From: Callorhinchus milii
Taxonomy: Eukaryota
DNA: 64,000 nucleotides
Assembly (NCBI RefSeq): GCF_018977255.1
Contig: NW_024704762.1
Coordinates: 9,238,001 to 9,302,000, forward strand
Direction: 5' to 3'
A model generated the notes under the pieces. It was not told where the DNA came from and did not search any database. It saw only the letters and a list, made by a program, of their open reading frames with translations. The position numbers and the translations under genes are program-made. This document shows positions 14,605 to 27,039 of this stretch, in pieces; the stretch's first letter is position 1, and each line of letters begins with the position of its first letter.

Positions 14605-17401
14605 TTACCCCGATCCCAGGTTAATCTCTGTTCTCCCCCGATCCCGTGTGGGGGGGAGCTGCTGTGGTTGCCGGCGGCCGCTGATCTGTCCGTTGATGAT
14701 GGGGAGATCTGGGGGGCCGTGGGAGGCGTCCTCCGAGTCCCCACTCGCCCCGGTGGAGAGCAGCGTGGGACTCGTGTCACTGGACTCCGAGCTCGGACAT
14801 GAAGCAGTTGACAGCACCAGCGAGTTCCTGGGCAACGGCTCAAAATCCTCGTCTTCAGACATGGGAGATTCGTGTACACCTGCCCACACAAGAGAGAGAG
14901 GGAGGAGAGAGAGAGAGAGGGAGGAGGGGACGGAGAGGGTTAGAGAGAGAGACAGAGAGCCACGTCACTGACAGCACACATCAGCCCACAGGTAAGAAGT
15001 CCCATAGCGTAGCGGTTAACTCGCTCGCCTTGCAAGCCGGGGTATGGATTCCCGGGCTGGACAGGGCGAAACCTTAGGCAAGTTTCCTTACTCCACCGAC
15101 GTAGACACACACACACACCTCTGTTTACCAGCAGTAAGTAGCCGCCCAGTCCTTCTTCCCCTCCCAGCTCAGCGATCGCTCATTGACTTGGCTAAGTGAT
15201 GCACGTCCCTTATGACAGGCACTGGGCTGCACGCACAATAAAGACAAAAGGCCGCGTATACTTACTGCTGAAAGCTTCTGGGTACTGCTTGGCAAGTTTC
15301 CCCTTCAGAGTCCTGTAGGCAAAAAACACACCGAGGTTATAATCAAGCGATTTAGGGTCTGCCGTGTGGTCAGGTTCCCGAACGAACAAGCTTGTATTTC
15401 AGTAGCACCTCATATGACTATTAGCCCGAGTTTGTCTACATAACTGGACGATATCAGGGAATCAATGGTAATGAGGAGTTCGGAGAAACAGCAACGATAA
15501 TGGGATTAGCTGAGATCTGCTAAACTGTCTGGAACAGGTGTAATGCTTCTAAATTGAGCTTCAGACACTCTATTTTAACGATTTGTTTCACCATTCAGCG
15601 CTTTGGGACCTCTTCCCGACGTAAAAGGAGCTACGCAAGTGTAATTTATTGTTGTCGTTTCCTGAACATCTTTCCCCACTTGCCGTCAATAATAATAACA
15701 ATAATCCTTGCATTTGATGTAGCGCTTTTCACATCTTCTCGACGTCTCAAAGCGCTTCACAGAATATACTGTAAAGAGAATTGACTGTACACTTGTGGGT
15801 GAAACCCGGCAGTCAGTTGGGGACAGCAGCGTCCCACACACATTGAAGTAGCCAAATTATTTTTTTTTAAAAGGATTATTATCCTCGGAACAGCGATCCA
15901 CCAATCGACTAACAACCGGGTTCCTACTTACTGCTCAACAAACAGAGGCGTGTGTGAGGATTTAAGGAAACTTGCCCAATGTTTTGCCCTGACCCGCCCG
16001 GGAATCGAACCCCGGTCGCTCGCTTGCGAGGCGAGTGCTCTCACCACTGACTCTACGTACGATGGTTAGGTTCAGTGACAGATGCAGCCACACAGTCCCC
16101 CACTGACAGTCACCCAAGGCAATCGACTGACCAACAGACAGACTGACCGACAGACATGCAGGTTAAACGCTTCTGTCCTTTCATTGACAAAAGGCGTTGG
16201 AGCGGCTGCTCTCTACCCGAGTGGAGCGCCACCGCCCTCCAGGGGCAGAGAGCAGTACTGCTGCTGACCAGACAAACGGGAGAAAACCGCGGGCAAAAAA
16301 ATTAAAGGCCAAAAGGCCAACAGTTGAGCCATTATCAGCTCTCCGCTCCAGGAAGGCCTTCCGCTCCTGCTGCTTCTCACTCCCCAGAGCCCCGTGCTCC
16401 TCCCCCCCCTCCTCCCCCACTTGCTCACTCCTTGTTAAATCCGAATCACAGGAACAGGAGGAGGCCATTCAGCCTCTCAAGCCTGTTCCGCCATTCTATT
16501 TACTTCGTGGCTGATCTGTAACTGAACTCCATTTACCCAGGTCCTCTCCGCCTGTGAGGCGATTGCTCTAACCGCTAAGCTACAGGACTCTACACATACC
16601 CACCTTTGCCCCATTATCCCCTCACACCCTGAACCTAACGACAATCCACCCCCCCCTCAGTCCGGAGTCTCGCCCCACGCCGTACCTTATCCGCCGGAAT
16701 ATACTATCGAGATCCTTTTTCATCTCCACCAGCGTGCGGGTGTGGTGCTGGTAGCGTTCCGTCATCTGGTGCAGGCGCGCACTCGACAGGCCGTTAAAGT
16801 TCAGCAGCATTTCGTTGGTCTTCTCAAACCTGTCCAGCCTGAGAGGTCACGGAGGCCAAAAGGTTAGCGTGGCAATGTCGTACAATTAATTAATTATACT
16901 TCCATTTCGGCCCATCAAGCCCGTCTCGGCGGTGAGAGAGATAACTTTCTTCTTAGCCTCCGCGCCCCCACACCCCACGCCCCCCACTCCAGCTCCTTTT
17001 AAAGATTCTTATCTTCACCTCGAAGTCCTCTGCGGTCACACCTGACGGCACCTGTTTCGCCCACAACACATAACCTCAAAGCGCTTCACAGAATATACCG
17101 TGAAGTGAATTGACGGTGTGTTTTGTGGGTGTAACCCGGCAGCCGAATCGACTCACAACCGGGCTCCTCCTTACTGCTGGGTAAACGGGGGGCGTTTGGA
17201 GTAGGGAGACTTGCCGAAGGTTTCTCCCTGACCCGGGGATCGAACCCGGGTCCTCTCGCTTGTGAGGCGAGAGGCTCTAACCGCTGAGCCGCAGGACTCC
17301 ACTTACATGTGTCTCTGGGCCTGGACGATGGCGTTGACGTCCTCCCGGTTCACCATGCTCATCATCCTGCTGCAAAACACTCCGGACGCCGTTGCCTCCA
17401 T
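14605..17401 (-). CDS. KXD1: KxDL motif-containing protein 1 (BORC subunit), ~189 aa, 4 coding exons
   Basis: Exons 17401-17307, 16838-16686, 15312-15266, 14879-14605. [47 protein letters not shown]...[29 protein letters not shown] with KxDL motif and Ser/acidic tail. Confidence 0.95.
15689..16055 (-). mobile_element. Deu-core SINE, full length, long subfamily
   Basis: Tail, core, central cctacttactgctc..aacagaggcgtgtgtg segment and tRNA head (gggaatcgaacccc). Confidence 0.85.
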
Positions 17402-17989
17402 CTCTCCCCCTGAATCCCGACCTGTTGGGTGTCAGAAGCGCAGAGTGGCTATTGTTATAGCGGGTCTCAAACGCGCTGCGCGGGTAATCGCTGATCAGTG
17501 TAGTGACTGTACATTTTGGCGGCCAACGCCCCGCCCAACGTCCCACAAAACAGCTTTAGATTCACAGGAACCTACAGCGCAGGACAGGAGTCCACTGTTT
17601 GGCCCATCAGAGGCCTCAACGATCGCATTATTTTGCCGGATGGTGGTGGTGGGGGGGGGGGGGGGGGGGATTGTTGGCCAGGATACCGACACCGGGGAAA
17701 CCTGCCGGGGTTTCGGCACGAGAGCCGGGGAGGCAAGGATTCCCCTCGGCTCTACTCGAAAAGAGAAGGGAAGCAGTTTGTCTCTCCCAGTGTCCTGGGC
17801 AACAATTCCCTCGGATAGAAATGGCCACTCGTTTCATGGCTGTGCGTAAACCGACAGAAACACACAGTCACTACACTGTACAGAGAATCCCGTGAAGCGC
17901 TTTGAGGCGTCTCCACGATGCAATAAACACCAGTTTATAATAATAATAATAATAATAGCCATCGTCATTACACTAATTACATTGCAACG

Positions 17990-18405
17990 GAATATATGAT
18001 ATAAACATATTGTGGGGTATATTATTTCTGCGCATTATTGTTGTATATTATTGTATATTATTATATAAACCTTCTCACAAAGTGAAGCTGATTCACCTGC
18101 GGCTGTGACACACAGAGAGGATCAGTACATTATATCATAGTGAAATATTATGGTACATTAGTATTGTATTGTTGTATATTGTTGTAGATTATCACATATT
18201 ATTGTATATTATTATATAGTATTGTATATTGTGGTGTATTATTGTATAACTAATCTCTGGGTGAAGCTGATCGCCTGCGGCTGTGACACACAGAGAGAGG
18301 ATCGGTATATGATGTTATAGTGACATATTATTGTGCATTATTGTGCATTATTGTGTAGTATTGTGTGACTATGCGCTGAGCTGATCACCTGCTGCTGCTG
18401 TTGCT
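17990..18405. repeat. AT-rich (ATTGTAT/ATT) low-complexity tract with three related gctgat(t)c(a/g)cctgc..gctgtgac cassettes
   Basis: Cassettes at ~18087, ~18266 and ~18380. Confidence 0.8.
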
Positions 18406-18616
18406 GTGACCGACGCGGACTGTGACCGTCAGAGGGAGAGAGACACACGAACGGCCGCCGGTTCCAACTGCTGCCGCTCCGCCGCCGCCGCCGCTCACAC
18501 CCCCTCCCTCCCCGGGGGGTGGTGGGGGGGGGGTTGGGGATTGAGGGCCGCGCGGCTGCTACTCCCAGGCCGAGGCTTCCCGGCCCCGCGTAGGCCTGAG
18601 GGACGGGGAGGACGCA

Positions 18617-18630
18617 CTGCGCATGCGCAG
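18617..18630. promoter_or_regulatory. NRF1 palindrome CTGCGCATGCGCAG in the KXD1 CpG-island promoter
   Basis: Perfect 14-bp palindrome containing the NRF1 consensus TGCGCATGCGCA. Confidence 0.75.
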
Positions 18631-18697
18631 ACCCCGCCCCCCCCCCCGGGGGTGTCGTACCCGCGGCGCCGCCACCAGAGGCCGCCAGAGAGCGCGG

Positions 18698-18900
18698 AGG
18701 GCGGGGCGTCAGGGACCGGGGGGCGGGGCGTCAGGGACCGGGGGGCGGGGCGTCAGGGACCGGGGGGCGGAGCGTCAGGGGCAGGGGGCGGGGCGTCAGG
18801 GACCGGGGGCGGAGCGTCAGCGGCAGGGGGCGGGGCGTCAGGGACCGGGGGGCGGAGCGTCAGGGGCAGGGGGCGGGGCGTCAGGGACCGGGGGGGCGGA
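18698..18900. repeat. ~20-21 bp GC-box/half-CRE minisatellite (GGGGCGG(G/A)GCGTCAGGGACC), about 10 copies
   Basis: Visible directly upstream of KXD1. Confidence 0.9.
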
Positions 18901-18952
18901 GCTGTGGGGGTTATTGCTGTACACTCCTGATAACTCGTCACTCCAACTCGCG

Positions 18953-19175
18953 GGGGTGTGGTGTGGGGCATGTGGGGGGGGGTGTGGGGGGGGTGTGTGG
19001 TGCGGGGGGTGGGGTGTGGTGTGGGGGGTGTGTGGTGCGGGGGGTGTGGGTGGTGCGGGGGGTGGGGTGTGGTGTGGGGGGTGTGTGGTGCGGGGGGTGG
19101 GGTGTGGTGTGGGGGGTGGGGTGTGGTGCGGGGGGTGGGGTGTGGTGCGGGGGGTGGGGTGTGGTGTGGGGGGTG
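18953..19175. repeat. G/T-rich low-complexity repeat (gtgtggtgcggggggtggg)
   Basis: Visible directly. Confidence 0.9.
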
Positions 19176-22100
19176 TCCCGCACGCAGCCGTGGATAGAAA
19201 ACGACCGATTTCTTATTGTTTTGTTTTTGTTTTTTGGAGGGATTATTACTAGGTGCGCGGAGTAAGGAAACTCGCCCAAGGTTTTGACCCCCCCCCCCAC
19301 CCACCCCCTCGCCCGGAATTGAACCCGGGTGTCTCACTTGCAAGGCGAGCGCTCTAACCTCTGAGCTGCCGGACTCCACAAATGACGACGATGATGATGA
19401 TGATAAGCTAAGCCAGGGTCTTGTTATCAGGAGTTTACTGTATATTATATATATATATTTATAAAATGAATCACTCAGGAACTCTGAAAACGTCCGGGTG
19501 TCTTGCGAACATTTTCTAATCGAGTTGATCACAGGGCGATCACCACCTGAGCGTGGGTTGAATTATTATTTTCTCTGTGTGTGTGTGTGTGTGTTTGTCC
19601 CTTGACACTACCCCATAGGACAGCTGTACTGAGATCGTAACCCAAGACACCAGTTTCCCCCCCACCCACCCCCCCCCCCACCCCCCCGGGGGGCCGGGGA
19701 AGATGGAGAGTGGAAATAGGTTCGTTAGCTGCACATTGTGATCTCGCTTCAGAACTGAAATTGTGAAGGTACATGTTGACCCATGTAGTCGAAAGCATTA
19801 TTTAATGTTTAATGTTTGTGTGGAATAGAACACCATTCTGATTCCCGGTTAAAAACAACGATGTGGGCTTGAAAAATCTCAAGGGACGTGTTTACTGCAG
19901 CTGAAGTTTCTTAAAGATGTTTTTCATAACAAATTCATGTTTGCGTTGAAGATGTTCTCTGTAGCAAATCAAGTTTAACAACAATTTCAGGACGAAGGAA
20001 GCAAGACTGCAGAACCTCCAGAATGTCTGAAATCATTCGAAAACTAACGGGAAGAGAGGAATAACAACGTATAACGGTTGTTGAGTAAAGTACACAGCTC
20101 AGCTGTACACCATTGAAGATTCAACTACGACTTCGCAATAAACAAACCCAAACAAGATATTTCTGGTCTGAAGCAACAGACTTTTTCCTTTGCCTTCTGT
20201 TTGTGAATTCTACCAAATGATTCCATCAAAGAAGCGAGATTCGTACGGTTTATGGACTGAACAATAGTCGATTTATTACTTCAATACAAACACTTACGCG
20301 TGGGATTAACTTAGTGTTGCCGTGTGGCGATAATTTAACCGACAAATTTAACATTTCGTATGAAGTAAAAGAATTTTCAAACCATAAGTTGTTGGGGTGT
20401 CTTTGGTTCCTCTGTTCTCAGATCATCTGTTAAAAGTGGGCTCAATAGAATAAGTCGGTTTTATTCTGTTCATTGCCCAGAACCAAACAACTAGAGCATT
20501 GGCACTTGGAGTGTCAAGCTATTTGCCTTGCTCCCTCCCTTGCCTCCATCAAGGCTCCATCTCAAGACCCTCCTCTTCCACCGCACCTTTTTCGGCTACC
20601 CTCCTACCCTCCCTGCCCTCCACCCCTCCTGATCCCAACGCCCAGCTCCGGTCCGTCCAGCGGCTTGGGACGTCCTCCCGACACGAAAGATGCCGTGTAA
20701 ATATCAGTTGTCAACTCGAGGGAGCAGACTCCAAGGCTACGCCACAGGGCACGAGAGCAGGACTCTCGGTTTGTGAGACCATCAGTTGGCTATAGTATTA
20801 GATTGGTTGAAGTTACTGAATATTTGGGTCGACCACTCACTCCTTGGCTGTTTGCGGGATGTTGCTGAGCGCAAATTGACTGCAGCATTTCACCCACAAA
20901 ATACAGTCAATCCACTTACTGTATCCAGTGTAGCCGGGATTTTCAGAAGAGAGAATGAAAGCAAAATCCATACCTCCAATTAATGGAAATAATCCGTAAT
21001 AATCCAGTTTGAAGGATACGACTGAATTGAGATTGGATAATTATTTCCAAAAGGGAATTGGATAGGTACTTGGAAAGGAAAAAAAATTGCAAGGCTGTGG
21101 GGAAAGAGCGGGGGGGGGGGGGGGGGGGAGTGGGATGAATTGGTAGCTCTTTCAATGGGCCAAATAGCCTCCTTCTGGACTGTATGAATTCCCTGCGTAC
21201 ACCCTGGAGATTTTATTAAAGAAGTCTGTGATGTTAAACCCTCAGCAACATTACTCAGAAACAAAGTCTTTAATTCTTCCATACGCGATGTGTCTAATGC
21301 TGTGCCAAACCACAGAGTGAAATCACGAGGCAGTTTTTCCACACAAAGGGGTAGTGGAAATCTACAACTCTCCCTCCCTCCCTCCTCCAAAGAGCTGTGG
21401 ATTCTGGCTCGATCCGTTCGTATTTTCAAGACTGAGATATTTGTTAGTTCAGGGGATCGAGGGATATGGGGCAAAGATGGGTAATTGGATTTGAGGTACA
21501 GATCAACCATTCTCTTGGTACAGGCTCGAGGGGCTGAATGACCTACCCCTGTTTCTATCTTTCTCTTAGACTGGACAGTGAACAGTGTGATTCTGCGACA
21601 GATATGGGGGTCGGGGTGGGGGGGGGGAAGAGAAGGAAATATATTAAACAATTTCCACCCTGCCATTATTTATCTCCTGCCATTATTAGTATTTTATAGG
21701 CCGCTGTTACCATGCACTCGGCTACGCTTGCATAATTTACGGGAATCTAATAAAAAATTTAATTACGTTGTTAAATAATTAGCCTGTAATTTCGGTGAGG
21801 CTGAACCTCTCTGCCCATCCTTATTGCAACGATCTCTCTTTCTCTCTCTCTCTCTCTCTGTGCACGTCTGCTCTCCTTTCGGTTATAGGTTATTGATCGA
21901 TTTGATCGATCACTGTCAAGCGAGAGCCGAGGAGAGTGTCTGCTTTATATTTGGGCTTTCTGAGATTGGACTGAAACAACAAATGACATTTACACAGCAC
22001 TGGTCACGTCAGGAGAACGCCCCAAGGCGTGGGACGGTCACGGATTCGGGACAGAGACAAGAAGAGTACATAAACGCGGAGTTTTATTTATTTTTCTCCG

Positions 22101-24500
22101 TTCCGAGAAACACACAACACTACAAATTCTTACAATCGAGAGCTCCAACAAGCTTAGGTAACGGAATAAACGGTCGCCTAAAGATTGTACTAAAACTTTG
22201 CAAAAAAAAAAAAAACACTAGTGGTTTCAGGAATAAAGCCCTCGGGAAACATTGTTGTGCTTTTTTCTGCAGGTTATAAACTGCGCGGACGTCGATTTAA
22301 TAAAACACGTAACGCACGGCAGAGTTTTGTTCTTTCGATAAGAGGCTGACTTAGTGGTTATACGTTTTGTTGGGAGGCGGAATTAACTCGTTAATACCTT
22401 AGAAACTAGGAATAAATATCCTCAAAGAGGAGGGAGGGTTTGCTCGAACCGTTTAGGAGCTTCAGCAAAAGAATGAGACGCCAGAGAGAAAGGGCATAGG
22501 GAAAGGTCGGTCACAATGAAACACGTTTGTGCTCTGTATCTGCTGATTCTCCCCCCTCCTCACCCCTTCTCCCCCACCCCTCGTTCATTTGTGTACCGTG
22601 CAGTTTGGTCGGAGAGAGAGTGAGAGAGAGAGAGAGAAAGGAACAACACCCTCTCCACACACAACACGGACACCGTGAAGAGAACGAAGCAGAGACTTAC
22701 ATCAATGGGACTCGTAACCCAAACGCCTATGGAAAACGTTGCTCAAAAGTTATGACCAGCAAACTTTGAAGAGTCTCCAACTAGAAACTCTCTCTCTCTC
22801 TTTCCCCCAACCCCCCCTCACCCCGACGCGCGCACACGCACACACAAAACAGGCCAGAGCATCTAGCTGCATCACAGCACAGTCACTACACTTCGCAGTA
22901 TCTCAACCGTGCGAAAGGCTTGAGGTAAAATAATAACCCTCGCATTTAACACAAAGCTGGGGCACTGCCCCTGAGGACAGCTGATGTGTGGCTCCGTGCT
23001 GTGCCGGGTGGGGTACAGTCACCCGCTTGAGCCACACGGGGCGCTGCGTTCATTCGTTCTGGGCGCCATATTGCAGGTGTCGCACAACGTGCCACACGCG
23101 GAGCGTGGACTGGGTGGGTGGGGGGGTGGGGGGTGGGGAAGCAGGGAAGGTTGAGGATGGGTGAGTGGGTGGGTTCCACGTCATTTCATTCTACCACCGT
23201 CTCCATAGTGACGCCAAGCAGGACCACGTAGCAACTGGGGCCCCAAGACACTCTCCCGAGCAGCTGTGCGCCCGAGTGCTAATCCGTTGCCTCCACAAGC
23301 CTTCGAGAATATTAATGATGAAGTTTTTAAAAATATTTTGAGATATTTCTCCGAGGAGGTAAATACCCGATTCAGCTCCGTCTACCTGCACAGCCATTGG
23401 GGTTTGAATGTTCCTCAGAGAAATTGGCCAAATTACACCCCCTCTCTCTCAGGTTAACACATCAATTTATTTCCACGATTAAATATCAATAGGTAACCTC
23501 GATGTTGCACCTCCCCCAACTCCCCGTCCACTTGACAGGCTGGTGAGCAATGTACCCCAACCCTTTGAGCTCGAGGAATCCATTAAACACCGAGCCCGAT
23601 GTTAACCGGACCCAACCCTCCTTGAAAAGAGGCACCAGGAGAGAGAAAATGGCATCTCTTTCATCAACCGAGATCCTGTCTGTGCCTGTCCAGCTGGTCG
23701 CTAAAGATCCCGTGGCGCTATTCGAAAAGAGAAGGGAGTTCCTTGCTCTCCTGGCCCGCAGTCCCCCAAATAAAATTGGTCAATTCTTTCATGGCTGTTT
23801 GTGGGACATCACTGCGCAATTGTGCTGCTGTGTTTCGCCCACAAAGTACACAGTCACTCCATTTCACAGTAAATCCTGATAAGGTAATCTCTCTCTCACC
23901 ACTCTCTCCCCCCCACCCTCCCAGTGTCCTGGCCCTCAGGAAAATTAGTCGCTCCCCTCGCGGCTGTTTGCGGATGTCACCGTGCGGAAAATGGCTGCCG
24001 CCGTCGACTACAAAACACACAGTCACTACACTTTCCACAGCAGTCGCCCGTGAAGCTCTCAAAGATGATGTTTTACAGTCATAAATAAAAACTACCATAA
24101 ATGAGTGGTGGGGTCGGGCGGGGGGGTGGGGGGGGTGCGGTGGGGAGGAGGTGTGCAGGAACTGAGTCACAAGCTAGTGGGGGGTGGGGGTGAGGAAGCA
24201 GTCTCTACCAGGGTCAACATCGGGGGAGTTGAGTTGTGTGGCGAGGTGGGGGAAGTTGGGGGTCTTAGGGGATGGGTGGGGGGTGGTTGGTTGGAGTGGG
24301 GCCGGGGTGGACATTGAGACGTTGGTGCTGGGGGTTGGGGATGGGGTGGAGGTTTGGGTGGGGTTGGGGTTGAGGTGGAAGTTTGGGGGGAGTTGAGGTT
24401 TGGGAGTGGATTTAGGGGATGGAGGTTGGGTGACATTGGGGTTGGAGATGGATGTTAGGGTGGAAAGTTGAGGTGTGAGTTGGGTTGGGTTGGTGGCTGC

Positions 24501-27006
24501 TCAGGATTTGGGGTCTCTCTCAGCCAGCTTGGCCAGGTTTTGCCTCAGGTCGTTGAGTTCGTACAGTTTGATGTCGAGGATCTCCAGCAGGCGGTGGGCA
24601 TCTGCCCGCACCCGCTCCCCCTCCCCCAGCCTCTCCCCCAGAGTCTCCTCAGCCTCCCGCAACTGCTGCTCCAGCTCAACGTTCCTCCTCTCCACAGCCT
24701 AAGCGAGGGAGAGAGAGAGAGAGAGAGAGAGGCAGAGTGTGTGAGAGCGAGCGAGAGAGGGAGTATGAGAAAGGGGAGTGGGGGAAGAAAGAGTGTGAGA
24801 ATGAGAGCGTCAGTGGGGGAGAGAGACCGAGTGTGAGAGGGGATAGAGTGGAAAGAGAGAGGGGGGCCACACCTGGAGCCTGAGCAAAGCCTCTTCCCGG
24901 TCGCTCTCGATCTCGTTTACATCACTTTTCTGGCTTCTCAGCAAGTGGATCTCCTGATGGGGGGGAGAGAGAGAAAGAGTGTGAGAAAGAAAGAGTGTTA
25001 CAGCTCCCCCCACCCTCCCCCACCCCAGGGGCAGTGCTGTCAGAGCAGATACCTCCTCTTTCTCCTTTAGGAGCGTCTCCAGTTCCTCCACTGATTGGCT
25101 GAGGTCCGTGTTCTGTGTGGCCACTGTGTTGGCGTCTTCCCCCTGTAACTCTAGCTCCGTGACCTGGGGGGTGGGAGACACACACAGAGTTAGCTCAAGG
25201 GTTGAACCAGCGCACCCCCCCCATCCCCCATCCCCCAGATATGCTCAGTTACCCATAAACGTCTACGTAAGATAAGACCAAGGTCCATCCATCCAGTTCG
25301 CTTTCCACCATCCACTTGCACATGTTGCGTCCCAAACTATATATTGTATTCCCCTTCTCCCCCCTCTCCCTCCCTTCCCCCACGGTCCGTCCGTCCCTCC
25401 CCCCCTCTCCCTGGCCCACTCCCTCACCCTCTCCCGCAGTTTCTCCGTCTCCTCCTTGTACGCCGAGAGCTGCTTCTTCCACTGCTCCACGTTGACGTTG
25501 GACTCGTGTAGGGCCTGCACCAGCTTGGCATTGCTCTCCTGCAGCCCAAACAGCTCCATCTCCCACTGCGGCTCGCACACCGAGCTACAGGCACAGACAC
25601 AGCGCTCAGAGAGGGCACGGTGGGCCAGCGCGGGCGAGAGAGAGAGAGAGAGCGAGATAGCGAGAGAGAGAGAGCGCGAGAGTGTGTATACAAGAGAGTG
25701 AGAGATCTCAGAGAGAGCGAGAGCGCTTATCAGACAGTCTGTGTTAAAGTGCAGTGACCGTGTGTTTTGTGGGCGAAATGCGTAGCAGTGTCCCACAGTC
25801 GTGTATAATAACCCAAAAAAATTTAGGGGCGCGGCGGGTAGTGGTGAAGAGATTATTAACCCCGGAAAGCAATCCGGGGTGATGTGGAAGGGGGCGAGAG
25901 AGAAAGAGGGAGGGGATTTTTGTTCCAGATACAATTCACCGCGACGTTGGGAACCAACGGGCACGGCTGGAACCGGGAATGGGTTGGAGAGGTCAGGAAT
26001 CCCGTCACGTGTGGGACCGAGAGAGAGACGAGCGAGTGCTGGCGTGATGGGAGTGCAGTTTGCGTGTTGGACGTCATTACCTTTGGGAGAACATGGCCTT
26101 GAGCCGTATTCCGTCCAGCACCCCCTCCCCGTCGCTGCTCTCCCCCCGGTACAGCTTCTGCCCCCCGGGCCCATTGGCGCTGGCCGGGGGCAGCGGTGGG
26201 GAGTGAAGGCCCCCACAGGACAGGTCCTGCACGGAACCAATCACAGAGGAAAACGTTACACAGTCGCGAATCCGTGGAGAGCTGAGCGACAACACGGGCG
26301 AGTTATGATGTTTTTTTTGCCCGACACACACACGGAAACCCATCACCGTTGCGTAAGAGTCTCCAAACCAAACGGAGAATTCCAGACCTCCCACCTACAC
26401 CTGGCAATCCCAGAGATAAATTGTCGGAATTGGAATGCGCTCTCTCCCTCTCTCGCTCTTCCAGGAAGGACACATCCTGCTTAACCTAATTCCGTAAAGT
26501 ATTAGGCGCAGGTTGGCAAGAGCCGAGGCTCGGGGAGGGAGCCCAGAGTTGGGGTAACTCCTGGAGTCTAACCAGCTAAAACCACACAGCTTGGCCATTG
26601 AGAGCGCTGTCTGGTAAGCTTCCCCGCTGCTTGTCCAGCTCGGGCCGCCCTACCCTCACGCAGGCTAGCGTCCCAGAGCGCTCGACAGTGGCGGAGGAAG
26701 AGGAACGACCTGAAGACGGGGGAAGCCTGGGGACAGAGGGAGAACGGCTGGAGCAACATTGCGAAGTTGAGTGCTGTGGGTTTATTGGATAATGGGGTTA
26801 ATTATCAAAGGGCTGAGAGTGACACAAGACACCGATTTGGGTTTTGGCAGGAGGTGAAATGTCAGGATGTGAGCCTGAGTGCTCCAGCCAATTTATATTA
26901 CAGGAAACAGATGTGGGTTTTTTTTTTCCCGTAAGGAACTAAAAACTGAGGGGAAGAGGGGGCAGAATTCAACTAGAGAGAGGGAGCCAGAGACAAAAAG
27001 GAACAG

Positions 27007-27039
<33 letters not shown>

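Noticed and set aside
18406-19532. Gly/Pro/His-rich ORFs at the KXD1 promoter
   Set aside because: Products of GC-rich minisatellites lacking stop codons.
25263-26484. 325-aa and 227-aa ORFs over HOMER3 exons 5-6
   Set aside because: Intron read-through of a real exon and an antisense shadow ORF in GC-rich DNA; explained by the spliced HOMER3 model.
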